Shown here piece by piece: positions 8,084-16,195 of a stretch of DNA of 64,000 bases (position 1 is the first letter of the stretch; each line of letters begins with the position of its first letter). The stretch is from NCBI GenBank assembly GCA_963674695.2, contig CAXXGI010000002.1:768001-832000 (forward strand). Reading direction: 5' to 3'. This stretch comes from a bacterium (lineage in GTDB: Bacteria; UBA10199; 2-02-FULL-44-16; JAAZCA01). Both the position numbers and the translations under genes were made by a program. Under the pieces are notes generated by a model. It saw only the letters and a list, made by a program, of their open reading frames with translations, was not told the origin of the DNA and did no database searches.

Positions 8084-9801
8084 TTTCGTGCCAGGGTGAT
8101 TTCACCCGTAACCGCATCCATAGAGGCGGTGATCGCGCCCAGCTCAAAGCGATGCGAGAGCGTGCGGGCCTTCGGCTGGATGACGAGTGAAGAGGGAAGC
8201 GTGCGTGAGCGGCGAAGTTGTGCCTCGACGGCGCTGAGTACTGCTTCATCGCGGGTGAGTGTGGAAAGGTTTTGCCATCGCTCGCTCGAGAGGGGTTTTG
8301 CAGACCATGTTTTGATCTCGCGGCGCGTCTGGATGAGCGCCTTGCGGATGTGTCGCAGGATGCGTCCGCGTCCATCTGCGGCTCGTACCAGGATACGCTC
8401 GTCGATCTCGTTTCGTTTGATCTCGCGAACATTCTTGGTGGTGACTCCAACGGCTTTGTTGGCCTTCACGAACAACATGCCGCCGGGTTTGACCGTGTTT
8501 TCGACAAACCCTTGGCCGAGCATCGGGATCATCCGATCATTGCGCGTGCGGTGGAGCTGTGGATAGACGGTTCGCTCTCCCGCGGCGGTGGACGACTCAA
8601 CTCCCGCTCCGAACAGCGCGGTTCCTTTTCGGCGGAAGTGCGTGATGACATCTTTTGCTGATTTCAGCGTGCGGCCGTCCTCCTGCGCGGGGGAAAAGCT
8701 CAGTGCCAGTCCTCCCTGCGGCGCGCGATGGGCTTTGACAAAGGTCTGCGTCACGATGTTGCGTGCGAGCGCCTCCTCTAAAATGATCGCCCGCAGCGTG
8801 TTGGGATCGATGGGCAGTCGCCCGGCTTCAGCAAGTGCCTCCATGCCGGCAAGTATTGCGTTCACGAAATCTTCGCGGTCGACCCGTCCCGGCGGATAGT
8901 GGCGCGCGTGCTCCCACAGGATCTTGAGGGCGGTTTCATACGCCTCCTGCTCGGTCAGATAGGGGATGTCGGCGATGCGCTCTTTGACCGCCCAGAAGAA
9001 GTTGCCGTAGATCTTGCCGCGCTCATGGCATTCCGATGACGTGTTGCGATCGAAACGCGCAAACTGCGAGATGTCGCGCAGACCCGCCTCGCGATCGTTT
9101 CCCGTGAAGACATAGGAATCCTCGGCGATCTGCGGGTCATGGTGGATGAAGGCGGCCAGCGCATCGGCGAACCCCTCGTGGATGGCGTTTTGCTCGCCCT
9201 GGTACATCTGTCGTCCGTTGGGCGTTGGCGGGATGTAGTTGGCCGGATCGAGCATGTCGGGATTGCGATGATCGAGAACGAGGTGCCCGAATTCGTGCAC
9301 AAGGATGTCCCCGTCGGCGGGGGTGTCCATCTCCGGGCAGGAGCCGAAGTTGAGATCCTCGCTGTTCCGATTGTAATAGGCGTTGCAGATGGGGCCGACA
9401 TCGACGTTGACCTCGATCCGGTTCAGGTCCTTGCGTCGAAAGGTGTGAAGCATCTGCGAGGTGTTCAGGCCCAGAGCGGTCAGGTAGTCGAGCAAACTCG
9501 TGTAGGTGACGTAGGCATGCACCTGGTTGAACTGATCGCGCGTGCGATGGACATGATTTCGATTGGTGGCGCGGTGGTCGAACGGAAACTGGCGGAAGTT
9601 TCCGGCCAGCGATGTGGCGCCGTGAACCGTGATGCGTTTTCCCCGGAGTTCCTGCGCGCCGATGGGAAGGTCGATGGAGATGCCGGCGTTTCTGGTCTCG
9701 TCGAAGCCGTCGCCGTCGCGGTCGACGCCGTCGTTGGAGGAGATGAAATTGTGGCCTTCCCAGAGAATCGGGATGCGGGAATCGGTGATAGGATCGGGCA
9801 T
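8068..9801 (-). CDS. M4/M36 (thermolysin/fungalysin-like) zinc metallopeptidase with atypical domain order
   Basis: NAYY, D.DILVHEFGH, NAIHEGFAD (third ligand), ECHERG; C-terminal MDAVTGEI PepSY-like motif; no signal peptide. Confidence 0.75.
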   Translation of the reverse strand: MPDPITDSRIPILWEGHNFISSNDGVDRDGDGFDETRNAGISIDLPIGAQELRGKRITVHGATSLAGNFRQFPFDHRATNRNHVHRTRDQFNQVHAYVTYTSLLDYLTALGLNTSQMLHTFRRKDLNRIEVNVDVGPICNAYYNRNSEDLNFGSCPEMDTPADGDILVHEFGHLVLDHRNPDMLDPANYIPPTPNGRQMYQGEQNAIHEGFADALAAFIHHDPQIAEDSYVFTGNDREAGLRDISQFARFDRNTSSECHERGKIYGNFFWAVKERIADIPYLTEQEAYETALKILWEHARHYPPGRVDREDFVNAILAGMEALAEAGRLPIDPNTLRAIILEEALARNIVTQTFVKAHRAPQGGLALSFSPAQEDGRTLKSAKDVITHFRRKGTALFGAGVESSTAAGERTVYPQLHRTRNDRMIPMLGQGFVENTVKPGGMLFVKANKAVGVTTKNVREIKRNEIDERILVRAADGRGRILRHIRKALIQTRREIKTWSAKPLSSERWQNLSTLTRDEAVLSAVEAQLRRSRTLPSSLVIQPKARTLSHRFELGAITASMDAVTGEITLARNYFAD

Positions 9802-9853
9802 GTAGAGACCCTATTATACGACGCATCGGTCTGTCAATGGTCTGTGTGTTTCG

Positions 9854-9979
9854 TTCCCCTCGCGGCGCAAAAGCCTGGGCGCCTCCCGGGGAAATCAGGC
9901 GCATCTTCACAGATGAAGCTTGTTCCAGACGCACCTGATTTCCCCTCGCGGCGCAAAGGCCTGGGCGCCTCCCGGGGAA
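9854..9979 (-). repeat. Repeated structured hairpin element, copy 2, framed by two 40-bp palindromic direct repeats
   Basis: TTCCCCTCGCGGCGCAAARGCCTGGGCGCCTCCCGGGGAA at 9854-9893 and 9940-9979; the intervening core is the reverse complement of 6729-6761. Confidence 0.8.
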
Positions 9980-9984
9980 TAGGT

Positions 9985-10082
9985 TGTCATCCCCGCGCAG
10001 GCGGGGATCTCGTTTTTCCATAATAAGCGAGATTCCCGCTGGAGCCTGCCCCCGAATGATTGAATCGGGGGCGGGAATGACA
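9985..10082. repeat. REP-like palindrome (long variant with internal insert)
   Basis: TGTCATCCCCGCGCAGGCGGGGATCTCG...CGAGATTCCCGC-insert-GCGGGAATGACA; insert shared with 35693-35790. Confidence 0.85.
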
Positions 10083-10091
10083 GCATTGTTC

Positions 10092-10790
10092 TTAAAGCTC
10101 AAGCGGGATCAATCGGCAGGTGGAAAGGTCCAGGCGCAGGAGGGTGTTTTTCGGTGGCAGCGGTGTCTCGGCCAGATGCGCGATGGCCAGATGGGCCTGG
10201 AGGGAGGCGACCATCGTGACGGTGGAGGGAATGTTTCCCACGGTCGTTTCCAGGCCGGCCTCGGGCGACTGGGCCTTTGGACCGTAGACGGCATCGAGGC
10301 CTTTCCCCTCGGGGGTGATCATCATGACTTGGCCACTCAGTCCCGCGACCGCCGCATGCACCATCGGGATTTCTGCGGCGCGCGCTTTGCGCTCGAGCAG
10401 AAAGCGATCCGGAATCGAATCGAGGCAATCGCAGACGAGATCGATGTCGGTCAGAAGATCGCGGGCGTTCTTTTCGTCGAAGCGACCAGCGTAGGCTTCA
10501 ACGACGACCTCCGGATCGATGGCGCGTGCACGCTCAGCCGCGGCCAAAGCCTTATTCGTTCCGAGCGTGTCGATCGTCGCGTTGATCTGTCGATTGAGAT
10601 TGGAGGGGACAAAATCATCGAAGTCGACGATGCGCAGAAATCCCACGCCCGCGCGGGCGAGGATTTCACAGACCGTTCCGCCCAGCCCCCCGGCACCGAT
10701 GACCGCAACCCGCGCATCGTGCAAGCGCTGCTGCCCCTCTTTGCCGAGCGTACCGATGTTGCGCTCAAAGCGTTGTGGAATTTCGTTCAT
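10092..10790 (-). CDS. HesA/MoeB/ThiF family adenylyltransferase
   Basis: GAGGLG, DFD....SNLNRQ, DCLDS; lacks C-terminal CxxC zinc motifs. Confidence 0.85.
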   Translation of the reverse strand: MNEIPQRFERNIGTLGKEGQQRLHDARVAVIGAGGLGGTVCEILARAGVGFLRIVDFDDFVPSNLNRQINATIDTLGTNKALAAAERARAIDPEVVVEAYAGRFDEKNARDLLTDIDLVCDCLDSIPDRFLLERKARAAEIPMVHAAVAGLSGQVMMITPEGKGLDAVYGPKAQSPEAGLETTVGNIPSTVTMVASLQAHLAIAHLAETPLPPKNTLLRLDLSTCRLIPLEL

Positions 10791-10804
10791 GGTTTATCCT
10801 GTAT

Positions 10805-10832
10805 TGTCATCCTCGCGAAGGCGGGGATGACA
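10805..10832. repeat. Minimal REP-like palindrome
   Basis: TGTCATCCTCGC-GAAG-GCGGGGATGACA. Confidence 0.8.
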
Positions 10833-10860
10833 CTTCCTTGGCTCGTCTCCCTTCGGAGAT

Positions 10861-11679
10861 TCAGATCCATCTCCAAAGCCGTTCCGTCATCTTCCGCGGA
10901 TCGTCCGGGTGTGGCTCGACGATAAACTCAAAGCCGACGCGTTCATCGGCGTAGACGCGGCGTTCCTCTATTTCGCAGATCCCCTGTTTCCAATGTGTGG
11001 GGGGGCAGCTCGGCGAAGCATCGGTGATGGCGTCCCCCCACCAGATCACGCGCGGCCAGACGGCCACCGCGCGAATCCTTCCCCCGCGACGACACCAGAA
11101 GTGGTGTTGCGCGTGCGCGGTTGTCGGGATGTGACCGGCGAACTCGACGGAGAGGAGTCGCTCGGGCGGACAGAGGAGATCGGCTTCATCGATATCGCCG
11201 ATCTCAGCGGGATTGTCGTTTTCGGGGAGCGTCGTGATCGGCGCGCCCCAGAGTTCGAGCGTCGCGGGGACGATGGCGCCATGTTTGCGCAGCAAACGAC
11301 GCTTGGCATCGGAGAGGGTCGCCAGGATATTTTCGTCGAAGGCATAGCTGCCCACCGTTTCGCAGAGGATGCAGTCGACGCGTTGGGGGAGTTTCACATC
11401 GAAGGAGAGCCCTTCGATGAAGGTGATGCGATCGGTGACGCCCTCGTCGTCGGCCAATGTGCGCGCGGTTCCCAGTGCATCGGCATCGCAGTCGATGGCG
11501 AAGACCTCTTTTGCTCCGGCCTGTGCGGCGGCGATGGCGAGCACGCCCGTTCCCGTGCCGATGTCGCAGACGGTATCGCCCGGTTGAACCGCGCGCGCGA
11601 TCGCGCGTTTGAGCGGCTCGGTGCGCTGGGGGTCGTCCACCATGTGGGCGTGGCGTGCGGTGGCATCGTTCTGATTCAT
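10861..11679 (-). CDS. SAM-dependent methyltransferase, protein-arginine methyltransferase (PRMT)-like
   Basis: H..M..D..R helix, DIGTGTG, VDCILCETVGSYAFDE (double-E loop), LLRKHG, PPTHWKQ (THW loop). Confidence 0.8.
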   Translation of the reverse strand: MNQNDATARHAHMVDDPQRTEPLKRAIARAVQPGDTVCDIGTGTGVLAIAAAQAGAKEVFAIDCDADALGTARTLADDEGVTDRITFIEGLSFDVKLPQRVDCILCETVGSYAFDENILATLSDAKRRLLRKHGAIVPATLELWGAPITTLPENDNPAEIGDIDEADLLCPPERLLSVEFAGHIPTTAHAQHHFWCRRGGRIRAVAVWPRVIWWGDAITDASPSCPPTHWKQGICEIEERRVYADERVGFEFIVEPHPDDPRKMTERLWRWI

Positions 11680-11859
11680 GTGCGTCAAGCTATGCGGTTG
11701 TCTTGCGCGGGTCAACCAGGAGCGATCGAGTTGTACGATGACAACTTTAAAATGACGTTATATTTCAAGGGGTTTTGCCTTGCACTCCCCTGATGCATGA
11801 ATAAGCTTCGAGGCATCATCTTGTGAACGATCTCTTTCAACCGCAACCGATAGGAAAGG

Positions 11860-13845
11860 ATGACCGTTATGACGACAACCATGTTTGTGCCGACCGTGAC
11901 CGCGATGGGATCGATGACGTTCGAGGGAATCGATTCGCTCTCCTATGAGCTCAATTTCCTTCCCGTCGAGAATGCCGATCAGTTCTGCAGGGGAAATCCG
12001 GTTTCTCCGGAGGTAGGTGCGACGATGGCGGAGTTTGCCGCCGGGATGATGGAGGGAGACGCGGCCAACGTGCACAAGGGGGCCGAGGCTTTGCTGGCCG
12101 TTCAGGCCCAGGAGATCGACATGCTCGGGCAGAAATCCATTCCGGCACCGGCAGATGATATCGAGCCCTCCCTGTGGGAAGTCGTCTTCAAGACGCAGGA
12201 GACGATGCGCGATGCGGAGATGGTTATGCTCACCGCAAAGGGCACCGTTTCCATGACCGCCGAGGAGGTCGAGCGGATCGTCGGCGCGAGCATCGATAGG
12301 AATGTCGAAAGAGGGATGAGCGCAGGACAGGCCACCGTTGGCCTCGTCGGGACGAAGGCCGATGAAAAGCGCTTCCTCTTCCCGGATGTGAACGCCTTTC
12401 GGGAGTATTTTTCTGAGAAGGATTCCTTTCGAATTCGTGATGCGCGCGAGGATCTCTGGGGATCCGTTCTGCATCCCAGCATGTACAATGCGGCGAGCCT
12501 GCGCGAATCGATGGAGCTTCTGGCGTTTAACTCTTCGTTCAATCCGAACGAGGATGTCCGGAATCTGGCCCGTTGGGTGATCTGGGAAGGCTCCCGCATG
12601 GCGAATGCCGAGTCCGCCTCTATTCACGATGTCTATATGGACCGCGCTGCAGGGGGCTGGAGCAATCGAACCATTCCGGCCATCAACCTGCGCACGCTGA
12701 CGTTTGATACGGCCAAGACGATCTTCGAGCGGCTCGAGCGTGATAGCGGAACGGCGATCTTCGAGATCGCCAAGTCCGAGATGGGGTATACGGATCAGCC
12801 CCCGGCCGAATATGTAGCGACCGTTTTGGCCGCGGCACAGGCGGCCGGTTACAAAGGCCCGGTCTTCATCCAGGGCGATCACTTCCAGGTTTCGGCCAAG
12901 GAGTATGCGGCCGATCCGAAAAAGGCCATCGCTGACGCCAAGGTGCTCATCAAGGCGGCGATCGAGGCCGGCATGTACAACATCGACCTCGACACCTCCA
13001 CGCTCGTCGATCTGGATAAACGCACGATCAAGGAACAGCAGGAGCTCAACTATAAGGTGGCGGCGGAACTGACGGCGTTTATCCGTGCCAATGAGCCCGA
13101 GGGGATCACGATCTCGATCGGCGGCGAGATCGGCGAGATCGGCCTGGGCAACTCCACGGTCGAGGAGCTCGATGCCTTCATGGAGGGCTATACCGAGGAG
13201 CTCGCGACATATGGCGAGAATCTCATCGGTATCAGCAAGATGTCCATTCAGACCGGCTCCGCACACGGTGGTCATGTCGATGCGAATGGAAATCTCGCCA
13301 GCGAAGTCAACATCGCCTTCGACGTGATCGAAAACCTCGATGCGCGTGCTCGTGAACAGTGGGGGATCGGTGGTGTGGTGCAGCACGGCGCCTCCACGCT
13401 TCCTCAGGACCTCTTCGATAAATTTCCGCTCTACGGCGCGATGGAAGTCCACTTGGCCACCGGTTTTCAGAATACGGTTTTCGGGAGCCTCTTCTTCTCT
13501 GGCTTCCTGCACAACTGGATGAACGACTGGTTGTTGGGGCAGGGCGAAACGAAGGGGTGGCGCAAGGAGGGACAGAGCCAGGGGCAGTATCTCTACAAAT
13601 TGCGCAAGAAGGCGCTGGGTCAGTTCAAGCGTGAGATCGCCATGCTGCCGGCCTTTATGCGCGCTGGGATCCAGATGGCGCTCGAACCGCAGTTTGCCAT
13701 GCTCTTCGATAAGTTGAACGTGAAGGGGAGCGCTTCCCTCGTGCAGCGGGAATTTGGCGCGGTTCCGGAAAGGGCTCTTCCGCAGATGGGCGAGGCGGAA
13801 ACGCAGGTCGCCATCGTCGACGACGGCAATCCGAACGCCGATTGA
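11860..13845 (+). CDS. Class II fructose-bisphosphate aldolase family protein with about 170-aa N-terminal extension
   Basis: PAINLR, FEIAKSE, FIQGDH, DTSTLVD, GGEIGEIG, GSAHGG, VQHGAST, HLATGFQ; paralog of 32495-33916. Confidence 0.8.
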   Translation: MTVMTTTMFVPTVTAMGSMTFEGIDSLSYELNFLPVENADQFCRGNPVSPEVGATMAEFAAGMMEGDAANVHKGAEALLAVQAQEIDMLGQKSIPAPADDIEPSLWEVVFKTQETMRDAEMVMLTAKGTVSMTAEEVERIVGASIDRNVERGMSAGQATVGLVGTKADEKRFLFPDVNAFREYFSEKDSFRIRDAREDLWGSVLHPSMYNAASLRESMELLAFNSSFNPNEDVRNLARWVIWEGSRMANAESASIHDVYMDRAAGGWSNRTIPAINLRTLTFDTAKTIFERLERDSGTAIFEIAKSEMGYTDQPPAEYVATVLAAAQAAGYKGPVFIQGDHFQVSAKEYAADPKKAIADAKVLIKAAIEAGMYNIDLDTSTLVDLDKRTIKEQQELNYKVAAELTAFIRANEPEGITISIGGEIGEIGLGNSTVEELDAFMEGYTEELATYGENLIGISKMSIQTGSAHGGHVDANGNLASEVNIAFDVIENLDARAREQWGIGGVVQHGASTLPQDLFDKFPLYGAMEVHLATGFQNTVFGSLFFSGFLHNWMNDWLLGQGETKGWRKEGQSQGQYLYKLRKKALGQFKREIAMLPAFMRAGIQMALEPQFAMLFDKLNVKGSASLVQREFGAVPERALPQMGEAETQVAIVDDGNPNAD

Positions 13846-13871
13846 TGCGAATGCATGATGATAAAGAAGAA

Positions 13872-13909
13872 GGGGAGGTGGATGCGATATCCACCTCCCC
13901 CTTTTTTTT
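13872..13909 (+). terminator. Rho-independent terminator
   Basis: GGGGAGGTGGAT/ATCCACCTCCCC stem followed by a T run. Confidence 0.8.
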
Positions 13910-13934
13910 AGAGGTATGCGCGGGAACGAAATGT

Positions 13935-14672
13935 TTATGCGGGCTTTCTTCCCAGCAGTTTCATCACCTGCTGCATGTCCTCCCAGACCGGTTTCTTCAT
14001 GGTGCCGTTTCGCAGGAGAAATGCGGGATGATAGGTGGGCATGACGGGGATGCCCTGCCATTCGGTGAAGCGTCCGCGAAGTTTTGAGATCTTCTCCTCG
14101 GTCTGCAGAAGATTCTGTGTGGCCACGCTTCCCAGGCAGACGATCACCTTTGGTTCGATGATCTCGGCCTGCCCGATCAGAAACGGGATGCAGCTTTTGA
14201 CCTCATCCGGCTCCGGGTTGCGATTGCTCGGAGGACGGCATTTGCAGATGTTTCCAATGTAGACCTCGTCGCGCGTATAGGTCATGGCTTGAATGATGTC
14301 GGTCAGCAGCTTTCCCGCGCGGCCGACGAAGGGGATGCCCTGCTTGTCCTCATCGCGTCCCGGGGCTTCGCCGACGAAGAGGATCTCCGCATCCGGGTTG
14401 CCGACACCGAAGACAAGCTTGTTGCGCCCATCGCAGAGTTTACACCGCTTGCAGTCGCCGATCTCTGTACAGAGCGCATCGAGCGCCGCTTGTTTCTGTT
14501 CCGATGTCATCGCGTTCCTTTTGAGGGTGTCTGTTGGTTTGGTCGAATTCGTCCTTCGTCCTTCGTCCTTCGTCCCTCGTGCTTCCGAAATCGGCACTTC
14601 CGTCATTCCCAGCGTTTCGGCATATTCGAGAAGGTTGCGGACATCCCGAGCTAGTTCCTGTTTGTCGGACAT
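13935..14672 (-). CDS. Uracil-DNA glycosylase family 4 (Fe-S)
   Basis: CKRCKL, GEAPG, PFVG, KCRPPSNRNP, TYHPA; GGAGG RBS before MSDKQEL. Confidence 0.9.
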   Translation of the reverse strand: MSDKQELARDVRNLLEYAETLGMTEVPISEARGTKDEGRRTNSTKPTDTLKRNAMTSEQKQAALDALCTEIGDCKRCKLCDGRNKLVFGVGNPDAEILFVGEAPGRDEDKQGIPFVGRAGKLLTDIIQAMTYTRDEVYIGNICKCRPPSNRNPEPDEVKSCIPFLIGQAEIIEPKVIVCLGSVATQNLLQTEEKISKLRGRFTEWQGIPVMPTYHPAFLLRNGTMKKPVWEDMQQVMKLLGRKPA

Positions 14673-14710
14673 AGAACCTCCCATTGGACTACAGATAACG
14701 CTCTCTCGTA

Positions 14711-14783
14711 TTGTCATTCCCGCGAATGCGGGAATCTCGATTGTCATGAAACATCGAGATCCCCGCCTTCGCGGGGATGACAA
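14711..14783. repeat. REP-like palindrome doublet
   Basis: TTGTCATTCCCGCGAATGCGGGAATCTCGAT...ATCGAGATCCCCGCCTTCGCGGGGATGACAA. Confidence 0.85.
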
Positions 14784-14844
14784 AATTCAAGTTTGTTATC
14801 AATCTCGTTGCTCCAACAACGCCACAAGCTCTATAATGAAGCCC

Positions 14845-15762
14845 ATGCCGATTGTCTATGCTGCAATTTCCCTCTGTTTCCTGGTGCTTTGGCCGGCGAC
14901 CGCGCTGGCCTGGGGGCCGGGCATGCACGTCGATATCGCCTCCGAGGCGCTCGCGAGCATCGCCCTGCTCGCGCCGATCGTGCGCGAGGTGATCGAGCAA
15001 TATCCGAATGCCTTCATCTATGGGGCGGCCAGCCCCGACATCGTCGTCGGAAAAAAGTTCGCGGGCTATCAACATCATTGCCACAACTGGCATGTCGGTT
15101 CCCTCATCCTGAGTGAAGCCGAAAGCGATCTGCAACGCGCGGCGGCCTATGGATACCTGATGCACCTGGCCGCGGACGTCGTGGCGCACAACTACTATAT
15201 TCCGGTGAAATATGTGCGCAGTTATGGAGCGCGACTTCTTTCACACACCTACTGGGAGATGCGCTTCGATCTGGGAGTGAGCGAAGAGGTCTGGGCGCGT
15301 TTGGATGCAGTGACGGAAGAGGAGGTCGATCAATTCGATCGGTTGCTCGAGAGTGTTCTCAAAAAGACCCTCTTTTCCTTTTCGACGAACAAACGCATCT
15401 TCAATACGATTCTCATCCTGCAGAAGATGCGGGGTCTGCGCACGAGCCTGCGGCTCTATGCGAAGCGCTCGCGCTATGGTATCCCCGAGGAGAATCGGGA
15501 ACACTACCGGGATCTGGCTGTGGAGTCGGCGCTCGATCTGCTGAAAAATCCGACAGGGGCTCCCTGCTTGGCGATGGAGCCGATGGGGATACAGCGGATC
15601 GCCTATGCCAAGAACCTGCGGCGCCGCATCCGGGCGATGCTGATGCGCGGGATGATGACCGAGGTGCAGGCCGAGCGCTTGGTCGAACTCGTTCGCGAGC
15701 GCTTGGCCGTCGGTCTCTATCGTCCGGATTTAGCACTCCCGGATGTCGTGGATATTCTGTGA
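14845..15762 (+). CDS. Zinc-dependent phospholipase C family protein
   Basis: Signal-like segment ALA-WGPGMH (mature W...H), GA.SPD, HCHNW, HLAADVVAH, HTYWE. Confidence 0.75.
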   Translation: MPIVYAAISLCFLVLWPATALAWGPGMHVDIASEALASIALLAPIVREVIEQYPNAFIYGAASPDIVVGKKFAGYQHHCHNWHVGSLILSEAESDLQRAAAYGYLMHLAADVVAHNYYIPVKYVRSYGARLLSHTYWEMRFDLGVSEEVWARLDAVTEEEVDQFDRLLESVLKKTLFSFSTNKRIFNTILILQKMRGLRTSLRLYAKRSRYGIPEENREHYRDLAVESALDLLKNPTGAPCLAMEPMGIQRIAYAKNLRRRIRAMLMRGMMTEVQAERLVELVRERLAVGLYRPDLALPDVVDIL

Positions 15763-15773
15763 GGAAGGGATTG

Positions 15774-16133
15774 ATGATGCACGCAAAGACGATTCCCTGT
15801 GCTCAGTGTCGCGGCGATTGCTGTACGGGCATGGCCGTCGAGATTCCGACGCCAAAGACGCGCAACGACTATCTCGATATTCGATGGTATCTCTATCATG
15901 AACGCACGCAGGTCTACATCGATCACGCGGGGATCTGGGTGATCGAGATGGATCTCCCCTGTCGCCACCGGGATCCGCGCGGGGGCCGATGCCGCATCTA
16001 TGCCAAGCGCCCTCCGGTCTGTCGCCAGGCTCGTCCCGCTCACTGTGAGATGAACGAGGATGATGCCCTGCTGCGGTTTCGGACGGTTGCGGAGTATGAC
16101 GCGTGGTTGGCCGGAGGGCGGCGGACGAAATAA
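15774..16133 (+). CDS. YkgJ-family (CxxCxxCC) cysteine-cluster protein
   Basis: CAQCRGDCC...C...CRIYAKRPPVCR. Confidence 0.8.
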   Translation: MMHAKTIPCAQCRGDCCTGMAVEIPTPKTRNDYLDIRWYLYHERTQVYIDHAGIWVIEMDLPCRHRDPRGGRCRIYAKRPPVCRQARPAHCEMNEDDALLRFRTVAEYDAWLAGGRRTK

Positions 16134-16195
16134 CTTGCTTTATCGCGCACTTGGAGTAAAAACAGTCCCGATATGGAACCTCCTCAAGGCCGCAT

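Noticed and set aside
9813-9837. Perfect sigma-70 promoter (TTGACA...TATAAT, minus strand)
   Set aside because: Spacer is only 13 nt; the -10 is plausible but pairing with this -35 is not.
9854-9979. CRISPR mini-array
   Set aside because: Only two repeats, no cas genes or leader, and the 'spacer' is itself palindromic and repeated at 6721-6770.
10861-11679. Ribosomal protein L11 methyltransferase PrmA
   Set aside because: Lacks the PrmA N-terminal domain and FGTG.H.TT motif; has PRMT double-E and THW loops instead.
11758-14061. Long antisense ORFs (also 32207-33955, 33831-35663, 21844-23541, 16184-17569, 48660-50240)
   Set aside because: Shadow frames opposite well-supported genes, expected with high GC3; no motifs or RBS.
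14293-14844. Long N-terminal extensions called by the ORF track for PLC, UDG, amrA, coaC, YkgJ, OTC, arcE and ispE
   Set aside because: They run through REP/MITE DNA or neighbouring genes; internal starts with an RBS or promoter fit the family lengths.
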